Below are positions 1 to 9,275 of a stretch of 64,000 nt of DNA, piece after piece (the stretch's first letter is position 1; each line of letters begins with the position of its first letter). The stretch covers positions 64,001 to 128,000 of the forward strand of contig CAWAKC010000007.1 in assembly GCA_963782525.1 (NCBI GenBank), read 5' to 3'. The position numbers and the translations under genes were made by a program. The notes under the pieces are model-generated. The model made no database searches, was not told the origin of the DNA, and saw nothing but the letters and a program-made list of their open reading frames with translations. The stretch is from Candidatus Bathyarchaeota archaeon. Its GTDB lineage: Archaea > Thermoproteota > Bathyarchaeia > Bathyarchaeales > Bathycorpusculaceae.

Positions 1-1
1 T

Positions 2-859
2 GCTTTCCAGAACCTCGCTAAGAGTTCGCTTCATTTTTCTTGCGTCCACATCCAGAATCGGCGACTCACAAATCATCGTTGGATGCAGCTCAAAATCGAC
101 AATAACTTCGGCGAGCATGCGGAATTCTGGGCCGTATCGTTCTTCGTCGAGGGTGTGGTGGCGTTTTTCGCCTTGGTTGCTGAATTCGATTTTTGAGAAG
201 TGGCAGTGCATGCTTCGGAGGGTTTCGGTGCCTAGTGTTTGTTCGATTTTTTCTGCGATGTCTTTGAAGTCTTCGACTTTTTTCAGGGTTCCCAAGTGAA
301 GAGCGTGTAAGTGTCCCCAGTCGACGACCAGTTGTGTGCCCTCGACTTCCTGATTGATAGTCAGGATTTCGTCTAAGGTGCCGACTTGAAATTTTCTGCC
401 CATCGTTTCAGGTCCAAGTTTCACTTTCAAACCCAACGATTTCATTTCTGCGCTGACTTCTTTTAGTGCAGTTAGGGCGCTATTGAAGGCGAAGCTCTTT
501 TCTAATTTGCCGTAGAACCCTGTGTGGAAAACCACGACGTATGCTCCCATCCAGTCGGCGGCGGTGGCGCAGGCGATTAATCGGCGTTTGCTTGCTTCCA
601 CAACTTCTTTTTTGCCTGAGAAGTTGATGAAGTAGGATCCGTGCATGCTGAGTTTAACGTCGTTTCTGCGGCATTCCTCCCCGAGCTTTATTGCGTCACC
701 CTGGTTTATCTGGGGCTTTGGACCCCACCGGGAAGCTTGGTACTCAAAAGCGTCTAACCCTTCCTCATGCAAAAGTTTTGGCACGTCTACTGTGGTTGCG
801 CCCATTAACCTAAACATTGGCGGAACGCCTGCTGGACCAAAACGAGTATGATCAGTCAT
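2..859 (-). CDS. nfo: Endonuclease IV / AP endonuclease family 2 (TIM barrel); stop codon lies outside the window
   Basis: Not in ORF track; my translation from ATG at 859: MTDHTRFGPAG...SMHGSYFINF...VVFHTG...GPETMG...VDWGHLH...HCHFSKIEF...RHH...ICESP, the metal-ligand pattern of archaeal EndoIV. Confidence 0.85.
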   Translation of the reverse strand, partial: MTDHTRFGPAGVPPMFRLMGATTVDVPKLLHEEGLDAFEYQASRWGPKPQINQGDAIKLGEECRRNDVKLSMHGSYFINFSGKKEVVEASKRRLIACATAADWMGAYVVVFHTGFYGKLEKSFAFNSALTALKEVSAEMKSLGLKVKLGPETMGRKFQVGTLDEILTINQEVEGTQLVVDWGHLHALHLGTLKKVEDFKDIAEKIEQTLGTETLRSMHCHFSKIEFSNQGEKRHHTLDEERYGPEFRMLAEVIVDFELHPTMICESPILDVDARKMKRTLSEVLES

Positions 860-927
860 CAGAGTCTTCTCTTGTTTTTAGGGGTTGGTTTGTTTGCATT
901 AAGGCTTTCTATCCAAAGGACGATGGC

Positions 928-1710
928 TTAAAGTAAACTGGTAATGGTCGGAATCGACACATAAAAGTGGATATAAACAGCTACTACCAGAATCCCGATA
1001 GTAATCGCCAATAAGCCATAGTCGCCTTTGTGCAGTTTAAGCAGGTAGAGGTTGGTTCGTTTTTTTGTAGCTCCCCAAGCGCGGGACTCCATCGCTTCCG
1101 CAAGTTCCAGGCTTCGGCGTATGGCGCTAACAATAAGCGGGATAAGCACAGGCACGTAGTTTCTGATTCGTTTGAGTAAGCCGCCTTTCTCAAGCTCCAA
1201 CCCGCGGGCTTTTTGAGCATCCATAATTGTTTGGGCTTCTTCCGCCAGAACAGGTACAAAGCGCACTGCTGTTGTGAAGGCGAAAGCGAATTCGTAAGGC
1301 ACGCGAGATTCTTCAAGTGCTAAGCCTAAGTGGTCGGGCGAGGTAGTTAAGAAGAAAACTGAGAATGACTCAACAAGCACGACGAAACGCAGAGTCATTG
1401 CTGCTGCATTCTCGATGTTTGGAGCTATTAAATGATAGCCTGAAGTGAAATAGGTTGTTCCAACGTTTACAACAAAGATGAATATCGCTAAAAATGCTGC
1501 TCCACGCAGCGAACGCAGCCACTGCCGCTGCACACGCGCCAGTAGCACAAAGGGAAGTTGCATAAAGAACAGAATCAGCAATGGAATAATCTGGAAGAAT
1601 AGAATAGCCACAACAAAGATACCGATGACGTAAACAAATTTTATTCTCGGGTCTAAGTTGTGGATTGGAGAGGAGACTTTTCTGAACCTTAAACCGTCAA
1701 AAACGCTCAT
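928..1710 (-). CDS. ecfT: ECF transporter transmembrane component T
   Basis: HNLDPRIK, RFVPVL, AQKARG and AMESRA motifs; follows two ABC ATPases. Confidence 0.93.
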   Translation of the reverse strand: MSVFDGLRFRKVSSPIHNLDPRIKFVYVIGIFVVAILFFQIIPLLILFFMQLPFVLLARVQRQWLRSLRGAAFLAIFIFVVNVGTTYFTSGYHLIAPNIENAAAMTLRFVVLVESFSVFFLTTSPDHLGLALEESRVPYEFAFAFTTAVRFVPVLAEEAQTIMDAQKARGLELEKGGLLKRIRNYVPVLIPLIVSAIRRSLELAEAMESRAWGATKKRTNLYLLKLHKGDYGLLAITIGILVVAVYIHFYVSIPTITSLL

Positions 1711-1711
1711 T

Positions 1712-2533
1712 TCAGCGTTGTCTCTCCTTAGCTTCTAGAATTATTTGTTTGGCTTCGTAAATGTCAATAACGTCCTTTGGGAAACCCAGTGACTCCAACT
1801 TATTGAAAACTTGAGCGATTTGCGGTAGAACAATCGATGACAACTCAAGGAGTGCTGGGTTGGTGAGGATTTCTTTTCCTTCACCATCCGCCACAATTTT
1901 GCCCTCCTTCATCAATATCACGCGTGGATTACATTCTGCCACAAACTCCACATCGTGGGTAACGGTTACCACTGTTTTCTTTTGGGTCTGCATCTGCAGG
2001 ATGAATTGGCGCAGCTTCTCCTTCTGTTCGTGATCTTGCCCGATGGTGGGTTCATCTAAAATCAAAGTGGAGGGATCCCATGCCAGAACAGATGCTAACG
2101 CGACACGCTTGCGTTCGCCGCCGCTTAGCAGAAATGGTGAGGTTTTTCGGTATTGTGTTAATGATAAAAGGTTTAGAGCCCATGTAACTCGGTCTTCAAT
2201 GACTTCTGGTTTAAAACCGAAGTTTTTGAGCGCAAATGCAATTTCTTCTTCGACGGTTTCGCTGAATAGTTGGTGATCGGGGTTTTGGAAGACGAAGCCG
2301 ACATTTCGGGCTAAAGATGCAACGCTTGATTTAGTGGTTTCTACGCCGTCTATGAGAACTTTTCCCTGTGAAGGCTTGAGGAGCCCGTTGAAGTGTTTGA
2401 CAAGCGTTGATTTTCCTGCGCCGTTCTGTCCCATGATAGCTAGGAATTCGCCATCTTCGATTTTTATTGAGACGCCCTTTAAGGCTTCCACTTTGTTGGG
2501 GTAAGCGTAGCGTATGTCTTTGGCTTCAATCAC
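1712..2533 (-). CDS. ecfA: ECF transporter ATPase
   Basis: GQNGAGKST, VFQNPDHQ, LSGGE, ILDEPT. Confidence 0.93.
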   Translation of the reverse strand: MIEAKDIRYAYPNKVEALKGVSIKIEDGEFLAIMGQNGAGKSTLVKHFNGLLKPSQGKVLIDGVETTKSSVASLARNVGFVFQNPDHQLFSETVEEEIAFALKNFGFKPEVIEDRVTWALNLLSLTQYRKTSPFLLSGGERKRVALASVLAWDPSTLILDEPTIGQDHEQKEKLRQFILQMQTQKKTVVTVTHDVEFVAECNPRVILMKEGKIVADGEGKEILTNPALLELSSIVLPQIAQVFNKLESLGFPKDVIDIYEAKQIILEAKERQR

Positions 2534-3381
2534 TACTGCTTTAGCGCCTCCAACAGTTGGTCAGCTAACTCCTCAGAAGACAGAGGCGTTTTATCGGGTA
2601 GGTTTAAGCCTTCTTTTTTGAGCATTTGATAGAGCAGGGTGGCTTTGGGAATTCCTACGCCCATCAAGCGTGTTTCTTCGTTGCTGAGGATTTGCCGTGG
2701 ATCCCCTTCAAAACGCACCTTTCCCTCATCCATAACAATGAGGTGGTTGGTGTACTTCGCCGTCAAATCCAAACGATGTTCAACGAGGATAACGGTGATT
2801 CCCTGCTCCTTGTTTAGCTTGTAGATTACCTCAAAAATCTTCTCGGCACTTAGTGGGTCAAGAAAAGATGTTGGTTCATCCAAAACGATGACTTCGGGCT
2901 CCATAGCAAGCACAGATGCAATCGCTACACGCTGCTGTTGCCCTCCTGAGATTTCGTGGGGTGAACGTTCTCGTATGTCGTAGATGCCTGTTTGGTTAAG
3001 TGCCCAATCGACCTTTCGTCGCATTTCCTCGCGGGAAACGCCAACGTTTTCTAAGCCGAAGGCGACGTCCTTTTCGATGGATAATGCGAAAAGTTGGTTT
3101 TCGGGGTTCTGAAAAACCAAGCCAACGTGCTTTGCCATTTCGTAAGTGTGATGTTTTAGCGTGTCGATTCCTGCAACGGTGATTTCGCCTTTCAGTTCGC
3201 CCTGGTAGAAATGGGGAACGAGCCCGTTGAAGGTTCGGCATAATGTTGTTTTTCCGCAGCCGCTTGGACCCGTAATTAAAACAAACTCTCCCTTCGCCAC
3301 CTTGATCGAAACATCCACAATCGACGGTTTTGTGGCACCGGGGTATGTGTAGGTGAGGTTTTTTGTTTCAATTATAGCCAT
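2533..3381 (-). CDS. ecfA: ECF transporter ATPase
   Basis: GPSGCGKTT, VFQNPENQ, ISGGQQQR, VLDEPT. Confidence 0.93.
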   Translation of the reverse strand: MAIIETKNLTYTYPGATKPSIVDVSIKVAKGEFVLITGPSGCGKTTLCRTFNGLVPHFYQGELKGEITVAGIDTLKHHTYEMAKHVGLVFQNPENQLFALSIEKDVAFGLENVGVSREEMRRKVDWALNQTGIYDIRERSPHEISGGQQQRVAIASVLAMEPEVIVLDEPTSFLDPLSAEKIFEVIYKLNKEQGITVILVEHRLDLTAKYTNHLIVMDEGKVRFEGDPRQILSNEETRLMGVGIPKATLLYQMLKKEGLNLPDKTPLSSEELADQLLEALKQ

Positions 3382-3433
3382 GTTTTTTGTGCCTGCTCAC
3401 CTTAAGCGTGAGTGTTTGCTCATTTAAGCGTAG

Positions 3434-4429
3434 CTACGCTTTTTTGGCTATTTTCTGCTTTACAAGTAACAGGCATTGTTTGAGGGCTTGTTGGATTTCT
3501 CCCTTGCCGCTCACACCAGAAGCCATCGCGTGGCCTCCGCCGACTCCACCCAAGAACTCTCCAAGCGGTGCTGCGATGTCGGTTCCCAAGTGTACGCTTG
3601 CTAACTCGTTGAATTGCCTTGTGCAACGTAGGCTCAACTCGACTTTCCCACCTTTTTTGCCTGCCACAGCAGCCATATGTGCACCCAAATCCACAAGAGC
3701 TTTAGCTGCTGGAGCCTGATAAGCACTGACATGCGAAAGCGCGATAATCCAGCCTTCCACCTTCACAATTTTTGCGCGTTTGCAAGCCTTCAACTTCGCC
3801 ACGCGCTCCGAAGGATCAATAGGCATTGCAAACAACGCTAATGTTGGCTGGACATCTATCCCCGTTGCAACTAGTTTAGCGAGAATCTCAAAGGTCGGCG
3901 AATTAGCCAACGCAAAGTGTCGTGTGTCAAATGCGATACCCACGAAGAGGGCCTTAGCTTCGTTCAGGGTTGGTTCAACTTCTGCTTGACTGAAAAGCCT
4001 ATAGACTAATTCACAGTTTGCCGCTGCCTTCTCATCTACTACGCAGACTTTGCAGATTTGCATCGTTTCAGCGCTTGGGGCGTGGTGGTCGATGATAATT
4101 TTTGGTGCAGGCGACTTCTTTATTATATCTGCGACTTCGTCGAGTTGCTCGACGGTGTTCATGTCTAAGAGCACGATGACTTCTGCAGATTCGATGTTTG
4201 GTTTAAGGTTAACGGTTATGGGCAGGTGCTCGAAGAGTTGTTTAGCTGGTTTGTTGACGCCCTGTGGACAACCAATCTCAACAACAACATCGGGCAAAAA
4301 CCGCTTTAAAAGTCCTTGCAATGCATAAGCTGAACAAATCGCATCTGCATCAGCACTGCGATGACAGAGAAGCAGAACAAAGGAAGACCTTGTGTCTTCC
4401 AAAGTTTTGAGTATTTCTTTGAAGCTCAT
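3434..4429 (-). CDS. DHH/DHHA1 family phosphoesterase
   Basis: HRSADADA, LLD, IIDHH, DT and C-terminal GGGH motifs. Confidence 0.9.
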   Translation of the reverse strand: MSFKEILKTLEDTRSSFVLLLCHRSADADAICSAYALQGLLKRFLPDVVVEIGCPQGVNKPAKQLFEHLPITVNLKPNIESAEVIVLLDMNTVEQLDEVADIIKKSPAPKIIIDHHAPSAETMQICKVCVVDEKAAANCELVYRLFSQAEVEPTLNEAKALFVGIAFDTRHFALANSPTFEILAKLVATGIDVQPTLALFAMPIDPSERVAKLKACKRAKIVKVEGWIIALSHVSAYQAPAAKALVDLGAHMAAVAGKKGGKVELSLRCTRQFNELASVHLGTDIAAPLGEFLGGVGGGHAMASGVSGKGEIQQALKQCLLLVKQKIAKKA

Positions 4430-4722
4430 TTTATCTTTCTCAAAAAATTTTCCGTTGCTTTGTGAGCTTCACTGACTGCTTCTTTGACGAGAGCTTCTGC
4501 ATCTACATTTTTTGTTTGGGGCGATAAAACAAGGTTGATTTCAACTGTAACGTTAACTGGTTTGGAGCCGTCTGCTTCCACGCTGATGTCCAAGCGGTCA
4601 ATCTCCTTTTGCGGAATCTTTGAGAGAATGTATTTTCTGGCAGCTTGTTCAGATGTGGAACATAAAAGCTCGATTTGCTCTGTGGTTAGCTCTGGAAATC
4701 CGAGCTCACCCACAAGCATCAC
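4426..4722 (-). CDS. DUF3194-like small archaeal protein
   Basis: 98 aa between prefoldin beta and DHH gene, a conserved archaeal neighbourhood; AARKYILSKI...LDISVE pattern. Confidence 0.65.
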   Translation of the reverse strand: MMLVGELGFPELTTEQIELLCSTSEQAARKYILSKIPQKEIDRLDISVEADGSKPVNVTVEINLVLSPQTKNVDAEALVKEAVSEAHKATENFLRKIK

Positions 4723-4724
4723 CC

Positions 4725-5099
4725 TTAAGATAGGGGTTGACCGGAGACTGGGCTTAGGTCTTCTTGAAGTTTCGTTTGTGCTTCTTTTACTTGGCTGCGT
4801 ATGCGTTCTTCTTGTCTGGCCATAACTGTGCTTCGGGTGTCCAAGAGCGATTTGCGTTCGGCTAGTTCCTCGTTAATTTTGGCTTTGTCTGCTTTAACCA
4901 ATAGTGATCCGATGGCTTTGTAAACCACTACATCGTCAGCGGTTTTAACCAATTCAGCAATGGTTTGGTCTACCTCGGTTTTTTCCATTTCAACCTGCTG
5001 CTTCTGTGCTAAGATTGATTGGAGGGTTTGTTGCAGTTGCTGTAACCTGAGAAGCCTTTCTTGAACGTTAGGCGGTAACTTTGAAATTTCGTCACTCAC
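4725..5099 (-). CDS. pfdB: Prefoldin beta subunit
   Basis: LPPNVQ...LQQLQQ coiled coil, VYKAIGSLLVK hairpin. Confidence 0.93.
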   Translation of the reverse strand: MSDEISKLPPNVQERLLRLQQLQQTLQSILAQKQQVEMEKTEVDQTIAELVKTADDVVVYKAIGSLLVKADKAKINEELAERKSLLDTRSTVMARQEERIRSQVKEAQTKLQEDLSPVSGQPLS

Positions 5100-5376
5100 G
5101 TTTTATTCCTTCCGTACCAGCAATAAGATAAGCTCTTAATTAAGCATTTCCAACAAAAAAAGGAGATGGGAAAGCATGCTAAAAACCAACTCTTAACTGA
5201 AAGAAGAAGAAGTAACTGAAAATATCACTTTCTTCCTCTTCTCTTAGATAAGAAAAAATATTGTTTTTATATTTTGGATATGAATTTTTCCTTGGAAACC
5301 GTAAAACAAAAAAGCATGGTAACGACCCATTATTCATTCCATCTCCTTAGTCAGTACAATCTAGCAAGTAAGAAAA

Positions 5377-6066
5377 ATGAACACAAAAAGAAAGAGCATA
5401 ATTATCGTTCTCGTTGTAGTTCTATTAGTAGCTCTAAGCTTGACCGTTGTTTTTTCAGAAAATCTTGCAGCCCACTCTGTAAACGACCCCGGCAATAAGC
5501 TGGCGCGTGTTGCTTGCCTTGGCGACAGTATCACAAACATTACAGGGTACCCAGAGCAGCTTCAGTCTCTTCTAGGCAATGGTTCGGTAGTGGGTAATTT
5601 TGGGGTTAATGGGGCAACCGTGAATTTGAACAGCAACAACCCCTACTACTATGACCTAACTTACCGTGATGCCCGAAACTTTCTGCCAACTACAGTCATC
5701 ATAATGTTGGGAACTAACGATGCGCGGTCAGATAATTACCAAAAAATCAGCAACTTCACCACTAACTACGAAAGATTGCTAAATCGGACGCAACGGTTGA
5801 ATAGTACACAACAGATTTTTCTTGTCATTCCTCCGCCGATATTCAACAACACGCTCGACTTGAATTCTACAAGTTATGTGAATGGGGTAATTCCAAGAAT
5901 ACGACAGATTGCAAGCGACTTGGGTTTGCCGCTAATCGATGTTTATACGCCACTGATTGACCATCCTGAGTATTTCCCCGACGGCGTCCACCCCAACAGC
6001 CAAGGAGCCCAAATAATAGCCAACACCATCTACCAAGCCATAACCATAAACTCAAAGGATTCTTAA
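5377..6066 (+). CDS. Membrane-anchored SGNH/GDSL hydrolase
   Basis: N-terminal anchor, CLGDSIT, NFGVNG, MLGTND, DGVHPN. Confidence 0.9.
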   Translation: MNTKRKSIIIVLVVVLLVALSLTVVFSENLAAHSVNDPGNKLARVACLGDSITNITGYPEQLQSLLGNGSVVGNFGVNGATVNLNSNNPYYYDLTYRDARNFLPTTVIIMLGTNDARSDNYQKISNFTTNYERLLNRTQRLNSTQQIFLVIPPPIFNNTLDLNSTSYVNGVIPRIRQIASDLGLPLIDVYTPLIDHPEYFPDGVHPNSQGAQIIANTIYQAITINSKDS

Positions 6067-7139
6067 CCAATCAGTTTTTTGAGCACAGGCACCCGCCGCA
6101 TCAACAAAACCAGTCCGAGCGTAATGAAGAATGTTAGGGCTGCGAGTAGGGGGATTTCTATGATGGGGGTTAGGGTTGTGTAGCTTATTTTGAATCCAAG
6201 TAAGCCGCGCTCGAAGGTTTCAAGGATTATGACGTGGAAGAGGAATAGGGGGAGGGTGTTGTTGCTTATGGCTTGGACGACTGGACGCAGGGGGTTGTTT
6301 GTTCCTGGCCAATCGGGCTTAACCTTAAGCAGAAACAAGAAAAGCGACACTGACCCCACGATGACATTTACGGTTAAGTAGCCCAGGAAATAGTCGCTCT
6401 GCCCCAATCCGCTTAATGGATAAGTCATAAGCCATACACTGAAGACTGTGCCGACAAAACTAGCGATTAACAGCCCATAGAGTATGGTATTTCGCAGTGT
6501 TATTTTCTGGAGGTAGCTGCCCATGACGAAGTAGCCGATGAAGCCGCCGAGGACGAAAACGCCGGCGTCTAAAGTGTAACCAAATCCCAGTTGGATTAAA
6601 GGCAAGATGGCTACCCCTGCAAACCAAAGGGCAATCAAATAGCGCGTAATTCTTTGATTCCCATAGGCGATTATCACTCTCAAGATGGGGGTAATCAGGT
6701 AGAGACCGATGATGAGGTAAATGAACCAGAACTGGTACCAAGCGCCCGTAAACAGATCCTTCACGATGCCCTGCAGGATGTTATCGAGGGTAACTGGTAC
6801 GTTGTAGACAAAGAAGCCCCAAGCGAGGTAAACCATGCTCCAAAACACGAATGCCAACCCGATGCGGGTGAGCCGTTTTTTTAGGAAGACGCGGATGGGT
6901 TCGTTGAGTTTGGCTGGTTGAAACAAAAGTGCACCACTTAGCATGACGAATAGTGGTACGCATGAGAGGGAGAGGCTTTTGTAGACAAGAGCAGTCCACC
7001 AATATGGCATGGGCACGGAAGAAGCCTGCAGCGCCTCATTGGAAGCATGCAATAACACGACTAAGCCGATAGCTAAGGTGCGGATAAGGTCGACTGGAAT
7101 CGCAAGTTTCTTGTTTGGCTCCAAACCGTTCTGTTCCAA
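6063..7139 (-). CDS. Acyltransferase-3 family membrane O-acyltransferase
   Basis: DLIRxxAxxLVVLLH, VPLFVMLSG, KKRLTRI, WFIY; about 10 TM helices. Confidence 0.88.
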   Translation of the reverse strand: MEQNGLEPNKKLAIPVDLIRTLAIGLVVLLHASNEALQASSVPMPYWWTALVYKSLSLSCVPLFVMLSGALLFQPAKLNEPIRVFLKKRLTRIGLAFVFWSMVYLAWGFFVYNVPVTLDNILQGIVKDLFTGAWYQFWFIYLIIGLYLITPILRVIIAYGNQRITRYLIALWFAGVAILPLIQLGFGYTLDAGVFVLGGFIGYFVMGSYLQKITLRNTILYGLLIASFVGTVFSVWLMTYPLSGLGQSDYFLGYLTVNVIVGSVSLFLFLLKVKPDWPGTNNPLRPVVQAISNNTLPLFLFHVIILETFERGLLGFKISYTTLTPIIEIPLLAALTFFITLGLVLLMRRVPVLKKLIG

Positions 7140-7289
7140 TCGAAAGCGCCCTCGAATTGTTGTTGATTATTTGCCGTAGCCAGCGCTTATAAAACTGCTT
7201 GTTTTTGAGCAACAAAAATATACGAACCTGCGGGTTTTGTGAGGTATTTTTAAGTAATTAAAGCATAACAAAACAGTAGGCGAAAAGAG

Positions 7290-7667
7290 ATGGAACGCGA
7301 ACGCGCAAAAGTCACCAAAGAAGAGCTACAAGAAAAAGATACACGTTTTCTAGCGGTTTATGTGGAAGCCCAAAACTCAGTGATGATAATGCTGAGCGAG
7401 AGAGAAGATAAACTCGGCACCTTAGCCATCGCCGTTCCAAAACCCAAAGACCTCATGGGTTCCGTTACTTCGTCCGTGCTTTTAGGCGATAAAAACGTGA
7501 TTACCGCGCGGATGTTTGCGGAGTTGGTTGCAGCTAAGAAGGGCAAAATCGCCATGGTCTCCATCTACCTTGAGAAGATGGGGGAGATGCAGGCGCAAGC
7601 GTTCTTTATGCGTTTAATCGACAAGGTCCTCAAGGTTGAGGGCCAAAAAGAGCCAGAGGCAATATAG
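7290..7667 (+). CDS. Proteasome assembly chaperone 4 (PAC4/PSMG4)-like protein
   Basis: LGTLAIAVP...SSVLLGD...AELVAAKKGKIAMVSIYL resembles the PSMG4 core (recalled, not aligned). Confidence 0.6.
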   Translation: MERERAKVTKEELQEKDTRFLAVYVEAQNSVMIMLSEREDKLGTLAIAVPKPKDLMGSVTSSVLLGDKNVITARMFAELVAAKKGKIAMVSIYLEKMGEMQAQAFFMRLIDKVLKVEGQKEPEAI

Positions 7668-7684
7668 ACTTCGCGTGCGCATCC

Positions 7685-8179
7685 ATGATTCGCAAGTTAA
7701 CAAATACCGATTTTCAAGAAATCTTGATGGTGGTAAACGATGCTGCGGTCGCTTACAAGGGCAAGATTCCAGCAGACCGATGGAAAGAACCCTACATGCC
7801 CTCCGAAGAACTAAAAGAAGAAATCCGAAGCGGCATCCAATTCTACGGCTACATTGAAAACGGCAAGTTAATCGCTGTTATGGGAACCCAACCAGTTGGC
7901 GATGTCACTTTAATTCGGCACGCCTACACCCTAACAAGCCAACAACGGAGGGGAGCGGGAGAAAAACTCCTAAACCACTTGCTCAGCTTAACCCTAACCG
8001 ACAGGATTCTAGTGGGTACATGGGAAACCGCACCGTGGGCAATCAAATTCTACCAAAAACACGGGTTTACCCTGCTTTCGAGGGAAGAAACCAATAAGCT
8101 ATTGAAGAAGTATTGGAAGATTCCTGAGCGTCAAGTTGAAACCTCAATAGTGCTCGAATACAAAGGGAAAAGCCAATGA
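7685..8179 (+). CDS. GNAT family N-acetyltransferase
   Basis: QQRRGAGEKLL acetyl-CoA motif A; AIKFYQKHGF. Confidence 0.88.
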   Translation: MIRKLTNTDFQEILMVVNDAAVAYKGKIPADRWKEPYMPSEELKEEIRSGIQFYGYIENGKLIAVMGTQPVGDVTLIRHAYTLTSQQRRGAGEKLLNHLLSLTLTDRILVGTWETAPWAIKFYQKHGFTLLSREETNKLLKKYWKIPERQVETSIVLEYKGKSQ

Positions 8180-9231
8180 AAACTCTCCTGTTTAAAGTGG
8201 ATGCAGAAAATCCTGACCCAACAATTATTCAGACAGCGGCAGATATTATTCGAAAGGGTGGGTTGGTGGCGTTTCCTACGGAGACGGTTTATGGTTTAGG
8301 AGCAGATGCACTTAACGGGGAGGCGGTTTTGGCGTTGTTTGCTGCTAAGAAGCGTCCGCTGGATAATCCGCCAATTGTCCATGTCGCCGACCTAAAAGAA
8401 GTCGGCAGATTAGTTTTGGAAGTGCCGCCTATAGCCAAGGTGCTTATGGAGAAGTTTTGGCCCGGACCCTTAACATTGATTTTTAACCGCTCAAGCCTCG
8501 TGCCCAAGGTGACGGTTGCGGGTTTAGACACCGTTGCCATCCGTATGCCCAAACACAAAGTTGCCCTCGAACTTATCAAGCAGAGCCGCTGCCCCATCGC
8601 GGCGCCCAGCGCCAACCTTGCGGGCAAACCCAGCCCAACTACCGCCCAGCACGTCTACGAAGACCTAAACGGAAGAATCGATGCCATCCTCGACGGCGGA
8701 GCCACAAACATCGGCGTAGAATCCACCGTCGTTGACCTAAGCGTTGACCCACCGATGCTACTTCGCCCAGGCGGCACACCATACGAAGCCCTAAAGAAGG
8801 TTCTAGGCGACCTCAAACTTCACCCCTTCGTGGAAACAGAGCAAGAGTTGTCGATTCAGGAGATTCGCTCACCAGGAATGAAGCACAAACATTACGCACC
8901 CAAAGCAGAAGTTATTCTAGTTGAAGGCAAAATTCCTGCAGTCACTTTGAAAATCAAGGCGATAGCTGAATCCTACAAGTTAGAAGGTAAAAAAGTGGGC
9001 GTCTTAGCCACCGACGAAACCCAAAGCGCTTACACCGCAGACGTAGTTAAATCGCTTGGCAGCCGCTCCAACTTAGCAACAGTCGCCCAGAGCCTCTTTC
9101 GCTTGCTTAGGGAAGTGGATGCTGAAAATGTGGATGTTATTTTGGCGGAGGGGGTTACTTCGGAGGGGTTGGGGTTGGCTGTGATGAATAGGCTCAGGAA
9201 AGCATCGGGTTACCACATAATTAAAGCGTAG
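8176..9231 (+). CDS. sua5: Threonylcarbamoyl-AMP synthase Sua5
   Basis: AFPTETVYGL, KKRP..NP, FWPGPLT, APSAN, C-terminal SPGMKHKHYAP SUA5 domain. Confidence 0.96.
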   Translation: MKTLLFKVDAENPDPTIIQTAADIIRKGGLVAFPTETVYGLGADALNGEAVLALFAAKKRPLDNPPIVHVADLKEVGRLVLEVPPIAKVLMEKFWPGPLTLIFNRSSLVPKVTVAGLDTVAIRMPKHKVALELIKQSRCPIAAPSANLAGKPSPTTAQHVYEDLNGRIDAILDGGATNIGVESTVVDLSVDPPMLLRPGGTPYEALKKVLGDLKLHPFVETEQELSIQEIRSPGMKHKHYAPKAEVILVEGKIPAVTLKIKAIAESYKLEGKKVGVLATDETQSAYTADVVKSLGSRSNLATVAQSLFRLLREVDAENVDVILAEGVTSEGLGLAVMNRLRKASGYHIIKA

Positions 9232-9275
9232 GTTTGGGTTCGATATGTTTTTTATATTAAATCGCTAGTGCTAAA

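Noticed and set aside
117-851. Plus-strand ORFs 117-299 and 645-851
   Set aside because: Antisense shadows of the EndoIV gene. The same applies to the many short track ORFs nested in or opposite long genes.
5195-5250. Purine/pyrimidine mirror-like tract (aagaagaagaag ... ctttcttcctcttctctt)
   Set aside because: Low-complexity, imperfect pairing; not distinguishable from chance
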